DNA of 64,000 bases from Macrostomum lignano (taxonomy: Eukaryota), in the NCBI GenBank assembly GCA_002269645.1, contig NIVC01000478.1:1-64000 (forward strand). The letters are read 5' to 3'. Position numbers and translations under genes: made by a program. Below are positions 12,514-26,158 of the stretch, in pieces; the first letter of the stretch is position 1; the number at the start of each line of letters is the position of its first letter. A model generated the notes under the pieces. The model made no database searches and was not told the DNA's origin. It was given only the letters and a program-made list of their open reading frames with translations.

Positions 12514-14843
12514 TATTTTGATTGTATTGCGTTTTTTGGTATGCTTCGAATAGAACACACACTTATTAGTGAAAAGTCGAATATGGTAGCTTTTGTCTTG
12601 CTATCCCAGCCTAGGGACATTCAATCTCAGCTACCATGGCATTTGTAAGTTGGCTTTTTCCAAGCAGCTTTTCCCTGGTTGGGCCATAGACACAGCTTTA
12701 AGAGCCGTGCTGTGCTATCTTTGGTCTTGGACAAGCCAATATTGCTTGTAACTTCATGGCTGAGTTTGCTCGTCCCAGGCTGAAATAGCATGGCTCGAAA
12801 AGTCAGTTTTATAGCCACAGCTCAACACCTTTTATTCCCCGGACTCAAAACAAAGCAATGCGCGTACATCATGGGGCAATGATTGGCTGAGGTTGAATCA
12901 CAAAAGCTCTATTTAGGCTTCAATTATCTACATGCATGAACTGAAGATCGAAATACATCTAAAATCTTTGATTGAGTTCAATCAATCAATTGAGATTGAG
13001 GTTAAGATTGCAGATCTGTGGTCCCAATTTGGACCATAGACAATCAAAAGCAAGTACCGGTAAGTCTTCACTCTTCAATAGCTTTATTCTCTCAGTAAAG
13101 ATCAATTGGTTCGTAACGTTACTCCGTGATGAGTGAGTAACTATTTTAACAAAAAATGGATATTAAACTTTGCAGTTAATTTTTTTACAGATCTATCTAA
13201 ATAGACTAAGGAAAAATAAAGACAATATGGTAAGTAAACAAAAAATATTTTCATTTGACAAATCACGAGTAATAAGTAATTTTCATAAGCCGTATATTTA
13301 TCATATTCTGAAATTTGGAACGTAACAGGGAGGGCAACGCTGATACAATAGAAACGGAATCATGCGCCGACACAGCACTTATTGATGAAAAAAGATGAAA
13401 ATTACTCACAACTAAGAATTAACTAGTTAATGCACGAACGGATACTATGCGTAAAATAATAACACAATGTAAACACAATACGGTAGAAATATTATATACT
13501 ATTCGAGCGCATTGCTCGATTGCAATCGAAACAGATTTACGATCGTGTCTTTAAGAAATAATATATTCTACAGATATGATAGTTAGTAAGGGAATGATAA
13601 AACAATGACATGGTCAACTTTTTTGCTGTTGTTTCACGTAAATTATGGTGAAAGAAAGCGCAATAAATAAGTAAATAAAGCAGTTGTCAAATGGATCTTA
13701 TAGATTTTATTTGGTCACAGTCCCGCACTGTAAAAAGCGGAGCAGCAATCTACGAGTATAATAATAATGTAATTCATCGCCTTCCTTAGTGATCTATCAT
13801 TCTACAAGTAACAGAGTATTACTATTAGATATAAAATGAAGCTTTGAATTCTATCAACCTATGCCTACTTCAATTGTTTTGTTCACTATCAGGCTGTGTG
13901 AAGCATATTAGCTAGCTAAATCGATTTTCTAGATGCCCCCCGCCGCAAGCCTTCACCCAATCCTCGCTCAGTTTTCTAACGCTTAGTCAGCGAGCGGCCC
14001 GTTCTCGTATCGATTTTCTTGCTGGCTTGGCTACTTGTTTTAGTCTACACACAGTCAAGTAAGCAAACTTTATTATCGCCATTAAATTAAATTAATTTAG
14101 TTAGCGGGGCCGCCTGTGTGTGGAGTGAAGGGGCTTATCGATTTTTACAGCTGCATTTAACTTACAATCCACTTAATCACCCGGTGAGGGGTTTGCGGGG
14201 CTGGTGTAAAGTTTATCGTTTTCTTAGAGTTATCGGCTGACGCCAAAACACAAGAAACCACCGCAAGCGCTTTAACCCACTGTTTTTATATCCATTTTAT
14301 TAGTTAGCCTTAAATGGTAGCTTTAAACATACGGGTTGATTATCAACTCTGACTTTTTTAGCCTATATCCTTTCTTAAAAATAATAAAATTTAATCGTAC
14401 TACTACTAACCATATTAATAGTAAATAAATAGAGACACAGTAAAATGTACTATTAAATTGGGCCCATCATGACAGACGAAAGCGAATAATAATAACATTC
14501 AAATATATAACAATTTGGTCGGTGTTTTCAAAAGCAAAAAAAAACAAAAGATATTTGACTGCCAAATCGATTACGATTACACAGTTTACACTCCAACTCT
14601 AAGTTTACCTGACAACAACCCGGAGTAAACCTAGCAAGCCAAAAAACGCAATAACCGGCATCAAAAGTGTAGAGAAGACAAAATAAGTAGCATTTAGTTT
14701 CGAGGCCTAGAATATAATATAATTACTAGCACTCACAATTTGGTAAATTATGTAGCTATTAAAGTAAAGCTTTTCTAACAGACGCATTTGCGAGAATTGA
14801 ATAATTATTAAGGAGCGTGGGCCTAGAATACACCAGATAAGAG

Positions 14844-15072
14844 TAGGGATTCCAAAATCCCGACATTTTACAATCCCGGGATTGAATAGTCCCGAAATCC
14901 CGATGCTGTTGAAATCCCGGGATTCAAAATCCCGGAATCCCGGTGCTTTTGCAATCCCGGGATTAAAAATCCCGGGATTCGATTCCCAAAAAAATCCCGG
15001 GATTCAAATCCCGGATTTTTGGCCCCAATCCCGGGATCCCGGGATCCCGGGATCCCGGGATTGGAATCCCTA
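14844..15072. mobile_element. hAT-type MITE (229 bp)
   Basis: TIRs TAGGGATTCCAA...TTGGAATCCCTA; 8-bp TSD GATAAGAG on both sides; interior built of AATCCCGGGATT palindromes. Confidence 0.9.
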
Positions 15073-15564
15073 GATAAGAGCTAGTTTGAAAACTGAATTT
15101 GCTTATCAAATTTCTACTTCACCATAAAAAACACGAGATAATGCCCTAATTAAACATCACATGTGATTTTATAAAACTAAAATAAGGGTAGAGCTCTACC
15201 TCGTATTTACCTCAGGTCAGAAAATAAAACTCAAAATAAAAACTAGAACTATATATAGTAGCACTAACTATAAACAAAAGTACGCAATGTCATTTTCAAA
15301 CTATTACTACCTGGACAAAAGAATAATAGTAATAGTAGTAATAGTAGTAATGAGTCCCATGGCAGCATTCACACAGTTTAGCAATAGATCTAGGCATCTA
15401 ATAGATCTTTAAGAGAATCAAGATCTACATATACTAGCTAAATTTGCACATTTTAGGATTAAATTGTAAAACAGGCAAAGCCGGACAATTGACAGTCCAA
15501 TGAGCGAGAAAAATTAACCTGGCAAAAATTAGGACAATTAGTTGAAGTAGGAAGTCATGCCGCC

Positions 15565-18500
15565 TCACTGCGTTCTCAGCTGGTAGTCGCCGTTCTGTGT
15601 GATATAACGGACCCAAGGCAGAGCTTGATAGCCGCTGCGTTCAATGATCTTCAGATAGCGAACCTGGAAATAGGTAGACAATAATGAAAATTTCAACTGT
15701 AGGAATGAGTCACAGGCTATCCGACGAAAAATATTTGTCACGTGACTGCTGTTAAATAATAGCAGCGAGTGTTGGGTGATTCCCAATCAGCCAATCTTAC
15801 ATGGGAATCTCCCATGGCATTGGTGCTCTTACTTGAATTCCAGACACGGTGAAGTAAGGAATCTCAAACTTGACAGCAATGGGCGGCCTGCCCTCGGTCT
15901 CTTCGGTTTCAACTGTTGGCAAGCCGAAGTGGGCGCGCATTAGATACTCTTTGCCGCCCGGGAAGGACTTGATGCTCCAGATAACTGTGCTGCTCTCCGG
16001 CTGGTAGTGGCAGCTGCCTACGGTTGTCTGGAAGATAATAAGTACGTGAATTATTAAATAAGTGATTGACTATTAGGGGATGTACATTGGGATGGAGGCA
16101 AGCACGCGCACTAGAGTGGGGTTGGTGTGAATCGATAAGAGGCGTGTACATCGGGATAGAGGCAAGCATGCGCACTGGAGTGGGGTTGGTCTGAATCGAT
16201 AAGAGGCGTGTACATCCGGATAGAGGCAAGCAAGCACGCGCACTGGAGTAGGGTTGGTCTGAATCGATAAGAGGCGTGTACATCGGGATAGAGGCAAGCG
16301 TGCGCACTGGAGTGGGGTTGGTCTGAATCGATAAGAGGCGTGTACATCGGGATAAAGGCAAGCAAGCACGCGCACTGGAGTGGGGTTGGTGTGAATCGAT
16401 GAGAAGCACGTAGAGATAAGACGCACGTACATTACAGTATAGGCAGAATCAATTAATATACTCGTATGTAGCAACAAACCTTAAATTTTGGCGAATCAAC
16501 ATCCTGTGGAACAGGAATGATAATGTCAACATTATTAGCTGTGCTGCGCTGCTTGAACTGACTCTTAGCCTGCAAATAAATTAATCCATAATTAAGAATT
16601 AAACAATATATAAACATTTTTTTATCTAACACAGGTGAAGTGATTTTTTTTCTTCTACTCAGCCTACCTTAATCATGTACTCCACGCGGCTATGAGCGTG
16701 TCTTTCGATGACCGATTCAACCCAGATCAGCGGCTTCACCTGGTTGATTTTAAGCACAGGTACGGGAGGCGATGACCGAGGTAATACGAGGATGATTTTT
16801 TAAGGAAACAGGTATAACAATAATCAAGTACTCACGTGAGTATTGAGCCGGTAGGACATGAGTTCGAACTCTCCATCTGGCGGTATAAAAGAGATAGTCC
16901 GATCGTTCTCAAAACGTGACAACCTGACGCACTGATGAAATTTCACGTCCTCTAATTCGACAGATTTGCTCTTGCCTCCTGCGGATATTGGTGACAGATA
17001 TTGTGCGAAACAATAAATGAACAAAGACCTGACTTAAAAACTTTTCTATTCGCGCTCAATCTTACTCTATTCTCATCACTGACTTTCTATCCTAGCATCT
17101 ATTTCTCCTCTCTACTCTCTTTTCCACACTACTATACTCTCCCCTTTTCTTCTCGTTTTCCCTTCCTATTCTGCCTTCGATTCTTTTCTAGCGGCCTCTT
17201 TTACCCCGCTCCTTCTCTTTTACCCTCTCCCAACCTCTTTTACCCTCTCCCAATCTCTTTTACCCTCTCCCAACCTCTTTTACCCTCTCCCAACCTCTTA
17301 CCCTCTCTCAACCTCTTTTACCCTCTCCCAACCTCTTTTACCCTCTCCCAATCTCTTTTACCATCTCCCAATCTCTTTTACCCTCTCCCAACCTCTTTTA
17401 CCCTCTCCCAACCTCTTTTACCCTCTCCCAACCTCTTTTACCCTCTCCCAACCTCTTTTACCCTCTCCCAATCTCTTTTACCCTCTTTCCTTCGTTTTTA
17501 CCCTCCCCCGCCACAAAAAGCTCAAACAACTCACTTCCAGTAGACTCAAACAGTACTCGATCATTGAGTCCCAGTCTGAGTTCGGGCATACCGCTTAGAT
17601 AGTCTCGCATCTTTATGCAGCCAACGATTTCGCTGCGAAGTACATTGCCAGTAGCGCTAACCATCAGGTTAACGCTCTCGATAACGTCTAGGAATACTTC
17701 GTTTTTACGATATTTAACACCCTCGGAGCGCCAGGAGACGGCGTTGGTAACGGCGGGCGGCAGTTTTGGCGCCAACTCGAGCTTGTGACTCTCCTGCGTG
17801 ATGAACTCCTGCAGGATTCTGGTGTCAGTTGTCTGGGGATAGCCAAAGTCCATCACTTCGTCTAGCAGTTCGTAGACTATAACAAAATTATCTCGGATGC
17901 TCTCCTCTTCCAGGTCCTGAATTTTGGTTTGAAAAAACTGCATCTTAAAAGTCTACGAGACTTTTGTTACGTAACAATTTGTTAAAAATTGTTACGAGAA
18001 CGAGTAGTAACGGAAAAACTTACCTAATGTTTTAGCGATAACAAGCGATTCGTAATGGAGTATTGGGCGATGGTTATGGGGTATGGGGCGATTGTTATGG
18101 GGTATGGGGCGATTGTTGATGGGGCATGGGGCGATTGTTATGGGGTATGGGGCGATTGTTGATGATGGGGCATGGGGCGATTGTTGATGGAGCATGGGGC
18201 AATTGTTATGGGGTATGGGGCGATTGTTGATGGAGAATGGGGCGATTGTTATGGGGTATGGGGCGATTGTTATGGGGTATGGGGCGATTGTTATGGGGTA
18301 TGGGGCGATTGTTAATGGGGCATGGGGCGATTGTTAATTATGGTATACATGGAAATTTTTTTGACTCATGATATTTTATGATGACTTTTTGATAGTAAAA
18401 ATAATTGGATGAGCACGTTACTCTACTTATACCGTTAAGCAGTAGTTAGTAGAGAAAACAAGTATAATTTTTTAGAAAATCCTTGCCTTAAAATACTCGA

Positions 18501-18774
18501 CAAATATATCGGCCACCTTGTAGAGGAAGGAGAACACTAGACCTGCATTAGCATTCTTCTTTGTAGTAGCCACAATGTACACATTGCTGTGCTTGATGTA
18601 CATGAAGAACACGTCCTCGCAGGGTAACACCGGCTGCACCGATCCCTCCTCCTCGCGGTCCATTAACAGTGGCATAAATTTTTCAATGACTGACATGCAA
18701 ATATCGCCGCGGTAATTGCGACTAATTAGCACCTTGCCCTTGCTGTCCAAGATGTAAACTGCCGAGGCAGACAT
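15565..18774 (-). CDS. AP1M1: AP-1 adaptor complex mu subunit (422 aa; exons 18774-18487, 17916-17535, 16978-16836, 16739-16668, 16569-16480, 16027-15833, 15663-15565)
   Basis: Near-continuous match to remembered mu1: [115 protein letters not shown]. Exon lengths sum to 1269 nt. Intron 1 is GC-AG. Confidence 0.97.
16085..16410. repeat. ~64-bp minisatellite in AP1M1 intron 5 (~5 copies)
   Basis: gtacatcgggatagaggcaag... recurs at 16146, 16210 and onward. Confidence 0.9.
17195..17490. repeat. 20-bp minisatellite (ttttaccctctcccaacctc) in AP1M1 intron 2
   Basis: Directly visible. Confidence 0.93.
18065..18335. repeat. 21-bp minisatellite (ggggcgattgttatggggtat) in AP1M1 intron 1
   Basis: Directly visible. 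Confidence 0.93.
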
Positions 18775-18904
18775 TGCGAAACTGAAGTTAATTAGCAGCA
18801 TTATTAATAAATAACGGTGTCAACAAATAATTTATTCACTTCTAGTGCTAATTATCTTGCTCAGGTTTCTCAGCCACTGATCCGTCCTCTCAGATCCTCT
18901 GTTG

Positions 18905-19548
18905 CTGGGCTAGCCTCCCAGATGCTGTTTCTGGGCCTGCCTCACAGCTCCTCAGTTGCTGGGCCAGCCTCACAGCTCCTCAGTTGCTGGGCCAGCCCCC
19001 CAGACCCTCAGTTGCTGGGCCAGCCTCACAGCTCCTCAGTTGCTGGGCCAGCCCCCCAGACCCTCAGTTGCTGGGCCAGCCTCACAGCTCCTCAGTTGCT
19101 GGGCCAGCCCCCCAGACCCTCAGTTGCTGGGCCAGCCCCCCAGACCCTCAGTTGCTGGGCCAGCCTCCCAGACCCTCAGTTGCTGGGCCAGCCCCCCAGA
19201 CCCTCAGTTGCTGGGCCAGCCCCTCAGTTGCTGGGCCAGCCTCCCAGACTCTCAGTTACTGGGCCAGCCCCTCAGTTGCTGGGCCAGCCTCCCAGACCCT
19301 CAGTTGCTGGGCCAGCCTCCCAGATCCTCAGTTGCTGGGTCAGCCTCCCAGACTCTCAGTTACTGGGCCAGCCCCTTAGTTACTGGGCCAGCCCCTCAGT
19401 TACTGGGCCAGCCCCTCAGTTGCTGGGCCAGCCTCCCAGACCCTCAGTTGCTGCGCCAGCCTCCCAGACCCTCAGTTGCTGGGCCAGCCTCCCAGACCCT
19501 CAGTTGCTGGGCCAGCCTCCCAGATCCTCAGTTACTGGGCCAGCCTCC
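18905..19548. repeat. 28/20-bp minisatellite (cagaccctcagttgctgggccagcctcc) between STX5 and AP1M1
   Basis: Directly visible; explains ORFs 18817-19558. Confidence 0.93.
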
Positions 19549-20334
19549 TAAATTCTAAAATCTGTAGCAATAAAACACTAGAAAAAACAAAACAAGACAA
19601 TAAATAAATTCAAAAAGGCAAACGAATCTGTCTGTGTATATATGAGCACACATACGCATAGTTACTATAGCATCATAAGCAATATCTATCTGAATTTGTC
19701 TTGAATCTGCCGAAAAATATTGGTCTTTCCCCCAAATATTATTCAAGACAGCAGGACAGTCGAGAGCATTTAACAATAAAGCATAAGGAAACAATTTAGA
19801 TCCGCTACAGGTACAGACAGGTACTGTACGCCTCGGCACACTCGCTCGCGAAAGGAGAATAATTTTCGTTAATTATTAACTACACTAAAACTTTATGCTA
19901 TGCAACTTTTATAACTTGATAAAAAAACATAAACAAAAAGACTTTGTCCCGACATTAAATCTGATGAGAGCAGAATATTTATAACATTATCATATATTGA
20001 TTTAAGTGCGTCGCAGCTCGCTAGGCGTTTGGCATTTTATGGCACCAGAATGCACAATTGTAGCAAGTTAATAAGTAATATTACGCGACAGGTGTTGCAA
20101 CGTGACATCTACACAATAAATAGTGTCATTTTCACCGCATCCAACCAGCCAACCAAAGGTTTCATTGCGGAGTCTGTAACACCGGTGCAATACAGAGCTT
20201 GACAACCTTGGACAATGCTCTTTTACATTGAAGTTTGTCAGCCGAACTTATATAACCTTCACCGTTTTTGGTTTTATATGTATGGTTTTAGACTCTATTT
20301 TACACTAAATAGAGTCAAATGGAAAATGGGGAAT

Positions 20335-20750
20335 CAATGCGCAGGTGAATCCCTTTTTTGGAAATCCCCATAAGGAATTCGTAGGAAGGAGATGTCTTAG
20401 AATAGGGCATTATCATTTAGGAGGCTCCGAATTTTAGATTTCTATGTCAGGGAATCTAGTTATGGGAAATCCCTATTTAGGGGAATAGGGGAATCCCTAA
20501 ATAGGAGAATCCAAACTGAGGAAAACCTACAAGTAGGTAAATCCACATGTAGGGGAATTCCTACTTGAGAAACCATATGTAGGGGAAATCCTTATATAGG
20601 GGAATCCGAATTCAAGGGAATCCCTATGTAGGGAAATCCATATATAGGGGAATCCGAATTCAAGGGAAACCCCATGCAGGGAAATCCTGATTGTAAAAAT
20701 CTCTATATATGGGAATCCCTATTAGGGAAATCTCTATATAGAGATAAACC
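20335..20750. repeat. Degenerate quasi-palindromic repeat (gggaatccctatatagg-like)
   Basis: GGGAATCCC / GGGAAATCC motif recurs every ~20-25 bp. Confidence 0.7.
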
Positions 20751-20971
20751 GATTGAAGAAAAGATCCACTAGGAGTATTAATTGAATAATTATATAACAA
20801 TACTAAATATTAACCAACAGTAAGCACACAATGTTTTAAAATAGTTTCAGAGCACAAGAAGAAAATATCACCTGTTTTCGAAGAATCCTCCCCCCCCCTT
20901 AAGAAAACAATATGACAGCGAGCTTCAGATGGCCTAATAAAATTAAGCAAAGCACAAAGAAGCAAACAGCT

Positions 20972-22714
20972 TCAAGACAAGAAGACCACAAAGAGCACAA
21001 AGAATACGATGAGCACGCCGAATACTTTTAGCATTAGGCGCCGATTAGAAGAGACCGTTTTAAAGAATTTCAGTAATTCAGCGTGAGCGCCTTCGACATT
21101 GATTGTTGTCTGGTCGACGCTGGCATCGATGCGCTGCACCATCTCGTCTTGCTCTCTCACAATGGTGGCTAATTGTTGAAATATTTGGCCAAGATCTACC
21201 ATTGTCTGTTCAATGTTGCGCATTGTGTCCGCTCGACTGTTGAGGTAGTCTTCGTTCTGATCAAGTAGTGCCTGCTGTTGTCTGATTAAGGGTTTTCGAA
21301 GCTGCTTTATTAGTTGATTTGTTAACTGTTTACTTCTATAGATAAGTTTATATTTACACGGGGGAGAGGGGCTCATAAGGACGGGCGCGTGTGTACATTA
21401 GATGGGGTGAGAGGTGGTTAGAAAGGACGGGAGCGTGTGTACATTGGATGGGGGAAGGGGGCTGATAAGACAGTGTACATTGGATAGGGTGAGAGGGGGT
21501 AAGAAAAGACGGGAGCGTGTGTGTACATTGGATGGGGTGAGTGAGAGGGGGGTACAAAAGATAGACCGTGTGTACATTAGATGGGGTGAGAGCGGGTTAG
21601 AAAAGACGGGAGCGTGTCTATATTGGATGGGGTGAGAGGTGGTTAGAAAGGACGGGAGCGTGTGTACATTGGATGGGAGAAGGGAGCTGATAAGACAGTG
21701 TACATTGGATGGGGGAAGGGGGCTGATAAGACAGTGTACCGTACATTGGATAGGGTGAGGGGGGGTTAGAAAAGACGGGAGCGTGTGCACATTGGGTAGA
21801 GTGGGAGGAGGCGGGCAGAGACGGGAGAGAGCATATACTCGAAGAATAAATAGACTGAGCTAGAAAACTTGCTGTCACCTTCGCCAGTTGGCCTCAGCCC
21901 CCGACATGTCAATGGCCACATCTGAACTGGTCCTGTGCAGTTCATCGTCCTGAGCTAACAGCGAAGGCTTGGCAAGCAGGTCAACTGTACTAGACGTGGC
22001 CGAGAATTGCTCGCGTCGAGCGGCATTCTGTTTTAAAGTTTCTGTCCGAGTTTCCAATACATTTCTGAATCTATCCGACATGTTAGCCAGCTGGGTTTGC
22101 AAGGCTAGTACAACTGAATTGCTGTGCGTGCGAGACTGCTGCTGCTGCTGCTGTTGGAATTGGCTTTGACCGTTTCTGGAGACTTCCTGGAGGCCGAAAG
22201 CAATTAAGCTGTTTTGATTTTTTAATATTTACTTCTAACCCTTTAAATTGCGGAGACTCTCTGACCCACAGAAGTTTAAAAAGTCTGTAAGAGTAAACTA
22301 CGTTTTTACAGATTACTCAAATATTATCATTGGTTGTCCAATTTCTGTTGCGTCCTGTCACGAAAGATGGGACAAAGTATTAATGAAACTAAGAATAAAA
22401 CAAAGACAATCTTGAAAAGTGAAAATCTAGACACGGAACAGACACTGCCCTAGTTTTACTGTTAGCCCCTAACATAATTGTCCGCTGCCGAATGTCTTAG
22501 ACAAATTAGCCAGATACACACAGGAAGCCAGACAGTCACTTAGGACAACAGACAGATGCTGTAAACACAAAAAAGTTGATACAAACCATAACAAAAATAG
22601 ACAGAGACAAACAGATTACACAAAAAGACAGACAGACTATGTTCGTCTGTTTTCATATCAATTTGTTCTAGTCTCTGTCTTTGTATTTCAATGCGAGCTG
22701 TCTGTCTGTTTGTG

Positions 22715-22763
<49 letters not shown>

Positions 22764-22952
22764 GTCTTAGTGTGTCTGTCTGTCTGTCTGTCTTAGTGTG
22801 TCTGTCTTGTATCTGTCTTAGTGTCTGTCTGTCTGTCTGTCTGTCTGTCTTAGTGTCTGTCTGTCTGGCTGTCTGTCTGTCTTAGTGTCTGTCTATCTGT
22901 CTTTCTGTCTTAGTGTACGAGCTATCTGTCTTAGTGTCTGTCTGTCTGTCCA

Positions 22953-22987
<35 letters not shown>

Positions 22988-23378
22988 GCCTGTCTGACAC
23001 CAAGGCGCAGCCAGACTACACAATAAAGAAGAGCCGCAGCCGCACCTGCAGGGAGCCAATCGCCTGATTGAGCGCATTAAGATCCTGCCGCACAATATAG
23101 GTGAGCTCCTGAATCTCCGGTACCCTATCATCAAACAGACTCTGCCGTTTTGCCAATAGCGCCAGCTTCTCAACCTTGGCACAGGTGCTTTTCAAATCGG
23201 CGCCAACCCGCCTGGCCAGCTGGTTGAACTGGCTGCGCTGGTGCAGCCGAGCCTTCGCTTGCGAATGCTGTTCCGACGCCGACGCCGCTGCGCCCGATGC
23301 GGCACCGTTGCTAAGGCGACCGCGCATCAACTGCACCACAGATTGGAATTCGTTGGTGCGATCTCTGCTAGCGGTCAT
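20972..23378 (-). CDS. STX5: Syntaxin-5 (316 aa; exons 23378-23046, 22186-21879, 21281-20972)
   Basis: N-peptide RDRTNEF; Habc KVEKLALLAKRQSLFDDR..EIQELTYIVRQDL; SNARE domain YLNSRADTMRNIEQTMVDLGQIFQQLA.IV.EQ.EMVQRID; C-terminal TM. GT-AG introns, phases 0 and 2, in frame. Confidence 0.96.
21355..21812. repeat. Composite ~40-80-bp minisatellite in STX5 intron 2
   Basis: gacgggagcgtgtgtacattggatgggg modules recur. Confidence 0.88.
22695..22995. repeat. (TGTC)n microsatellite in STX5 intron 1
   Basis: Directly visible. Confidence 0.93.
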
Positions 23379-23639
23379 GTTCAAGATAATAGCTGCTGAT
23401 CAAGTGTAGCCTCTGAGTGAGTTGGATTACTGACTGAGTGGGGCACTGCCGACTGGATTCTTTTGAGCAAGCATGCATTGTCAAATTCAAGGCACCTGCA
23501 GTAGCACATGATGAAACAGTAATAGAAAAATAAGAGAATATACAAAAATCAATTAGTCTAATAATGACAATGGCGGAAATCTACGTAATAGCACTTATAA
23601 TATAATTTATACTAAGAGGCGAGTTGCAAAAGAAATAAG

Positions 23640-24170
23640 AGAGAAAAATGCGAGAAAATGATCCTGTTAAAAAGAGAGAGGGGAGACAGAGAAGGTGAGT
23701 GGAGAGAAAAGGGTGAGAGTAGAGTAGAGAGTGAGAGAAGAGAAGATCGTGAGAGCCGAAAAGAGGGTGAGAATAGAGGATGAGAGGAAAGGGTGAGAGT
23801 AGAGTAGAGGGTAAGAGAAGAGAAAAACGTGAGAGAAGAGACTCGGAGAGTGAGAGTCGAAAAGAGGGTGAGAATAGAGGATGAGAAGAGAAAGTGAGAC
23901 TAGAGTAGAGAGTGAGAGAAGAGAGTGAGAGACGAGAAGAGGGTGAGAATAGAGGATGAGAGAAGATGGTGAAACTGTGAGAAAATGGTGAGAGTAGAGA
24001 ATGTGAGAAGAGAGTAGGAGCTGAGAGGAGAGGGTGAGAGTACAAGGTGAGAGTAGAGTAGAAAGGGAGGGAGGAGAGGATGAGAGTAGAGGAGAGTGGA
24101 AAGGGTGAGAGGAGAGGAGGGGAAGGAAAAACGATCAGAGAAGAGGGTGAGGGAAAAGAGAGACAAAGAC
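23640..24170. repeat. GA-rich low-complexity tract
   Basis: Purine-rich, with repeated gagggtgagaatagaggatgag modules. Confidence 0.85.
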
Positions 24171-25060
24171 TAAGCAAAGTATTGCAAACTATTAATAACC
24201 ATAATAACAATAAATTTCTAAATCTAATTGCAAAATTTACTCACACAAAACATTTGTAGGCATTAATTAAAAAACTACCTGGTATAATTTTCTCAATCAA
24301 AGTAGCGCGCAGAGACGCAATTGGATTTAAATTGATCAAACCTTCGCCCTAACTAACTACGTTGAGCGCCAATAATATGCAATAAATATCCGAAAAGGTC
24401 AAAGCCACAAATTACAGCTCAAAATAATGATTGAAATGAAACGTAAATTTTGTTTTTATAAAACATAATTTCAAAACAAAAATCACGCTGAGTCAGGGAA
24501 AGCATTGCATTTTTCATTTGTTACTGTTGCTGACAAAAATAGCTAGTGACAATTAATATAACGACAAAATGCGCACCGATTTAAAATCACTACTGGTATA
24601 GCCATTATACTAGGAACATGGTTGCCACATTATTAATTATTAATAATTATCGACACAAAAAAGGGAAAACAATTCAAGCCAGAGAATAAAATTACAGCTC
24701 GTAGATTTGCGGCCATCACCCGCTCTAAGAGATCGTTGATGAATCATCATAAACTCAGGAATTTTGAACTCACTGTATAAAACTGAGAGAATTTATCAAT
24801 TAAAAATAGCAGGCAGCAACCGCCACTGTCTTGACAATTCGAACTCTCATTTCAAAATAGTTTTTTTTAATTACAAAAGCATAAGCAGTGACCAGTCTCA
24901 GACTGGTCTCAGAGACCAGTGCAACCAAAATGCAGAAATTATAAATATAGCTCAAGTAAGCTGACCAGCTGATATAATTATTTTCTTTTATATTTATCCT
25001 ATAAAAATATTTTAATAAATGACACTATAAACTTATTTATACTAAGCTAAAGAAATCTTT

Positions 25061-25525
25061 GAATATTGTGTGGCCGTGGATTCTGGGAATATTGTGTGGC
25101 CGTGGGATTCTGGGAATATTGTGTGGCCGTGGGATTCTGGGAATATTGTGTAGCCGTGGGATTCTGGGAATATTGTGTGGCCGTGGGATTCTGGGAATAT
25201 TGTGTGGCTATGGGATTCTGGGAATATTGTGTGGCCGTGGGATTCTGGGAATATTGTGTGGCCGTGGGATTCTGGGAATATTGTGTGGCCGTGGGATTCT
25301 GGGAATATTGTGTGGCTATGGGATTCTGGGAATATTGTGTGGCCGTGGGATTCTGGGAATATTGTGTGGCCGTGGGATTCTGGGAATATTGTGTGGCCGT
25401 GGGATTCTGGGAATATTGTGTGGCCGTGGGATTCTGGGAATATTGTGTGGCCGTGGGATTCTGGGAATATTGTGTAGCCGTGGGATTCTGGGAATATTGT
25501 GTAGCCGTGGGATTCTGGGAATATT
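25061..25525. repeat. 27-bp minisatellite (gaatattgtgtggccgtgggattctgg), ~17 copies
   Basis: Directly visible; explains ORFs 25059-25564. Confidence 0.95.
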
Positions 25526-26158
25526 AGATAGCATTGGAATTTGAATACCTTGTAATAGTGACAATTTCGGCCGCTTTTTACTATAACCTACTTGCTAATT
25601 CATTCATCATTTCGTACTACTAAGAGTAAAGCATTCGGCCCTTTAAAAAAAATTAATTCCACAAGCTTTTAATCAGATGAACTACTACCGAAATAAAACA
25701 TAAATTATTAGATTACAAATTGGCATAAAAATATTATTTCTTAAATAGAAATTATTATTCCTTAGATGAAAACATTTTGAAGTGGAAAATTGCGGCGTAA
25801 CATAAACACACACAACAGCTTGCATATATCAGATTAAGCAAGGCAGCAAGACAAGACTGTGGTAGTGAAAGCAGTTTAGCATTATGGTAGATTTAATTTA
25901 ATGTACAATTATTTTTAAAAGCCATGCTTTAAACTTCATTTGAACTTCTATAGATTTTTATCTTGAAATAAATATACCAATTCACAAATAATGCCGATAT
26001 GCTACTGCCAGTAGCTAATGTAATGATTTTGTTACTGTGCGCAAATATTGACTACTTGCTCGCTAGTAATAATTTGACCAGGAAAATGTTTTAAATGAAC
26101 TGTTTGAAGCTCAATTATTTCACTAGGATTTTTAGCCAGGTCGAGTCAAATCAGCTTA

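Noticed and set aside
13920-14290. GC-rich patch as a candidate snRNA, SL RNA or snoRNA
   Set aside because: No recognisable U-snRNA, Sm-site plus stem-loop or box C/D/H/ACA arrangement.
18817-19558. Repetitive ORFs over minisatellites (also 15909-16477, 17001-17543, 21354-21878, 23581-24210, 25059-25564, 29417-29809, 30836-31870, 37551-38093, 43085-43523, 56455-56949)
   Set aside because: Translations of tandem or low-complexity DNA lying in introns or intergenic gaps; no domain content.
20100-20180. Short similarity to the mucin-receptor C-terminus (MKPLVGWLDAVK vs MEPVGSDAVK)
   Set aside because: Only a 13-bp exact match plus patchy flanks with no further homology; compatible with chance.
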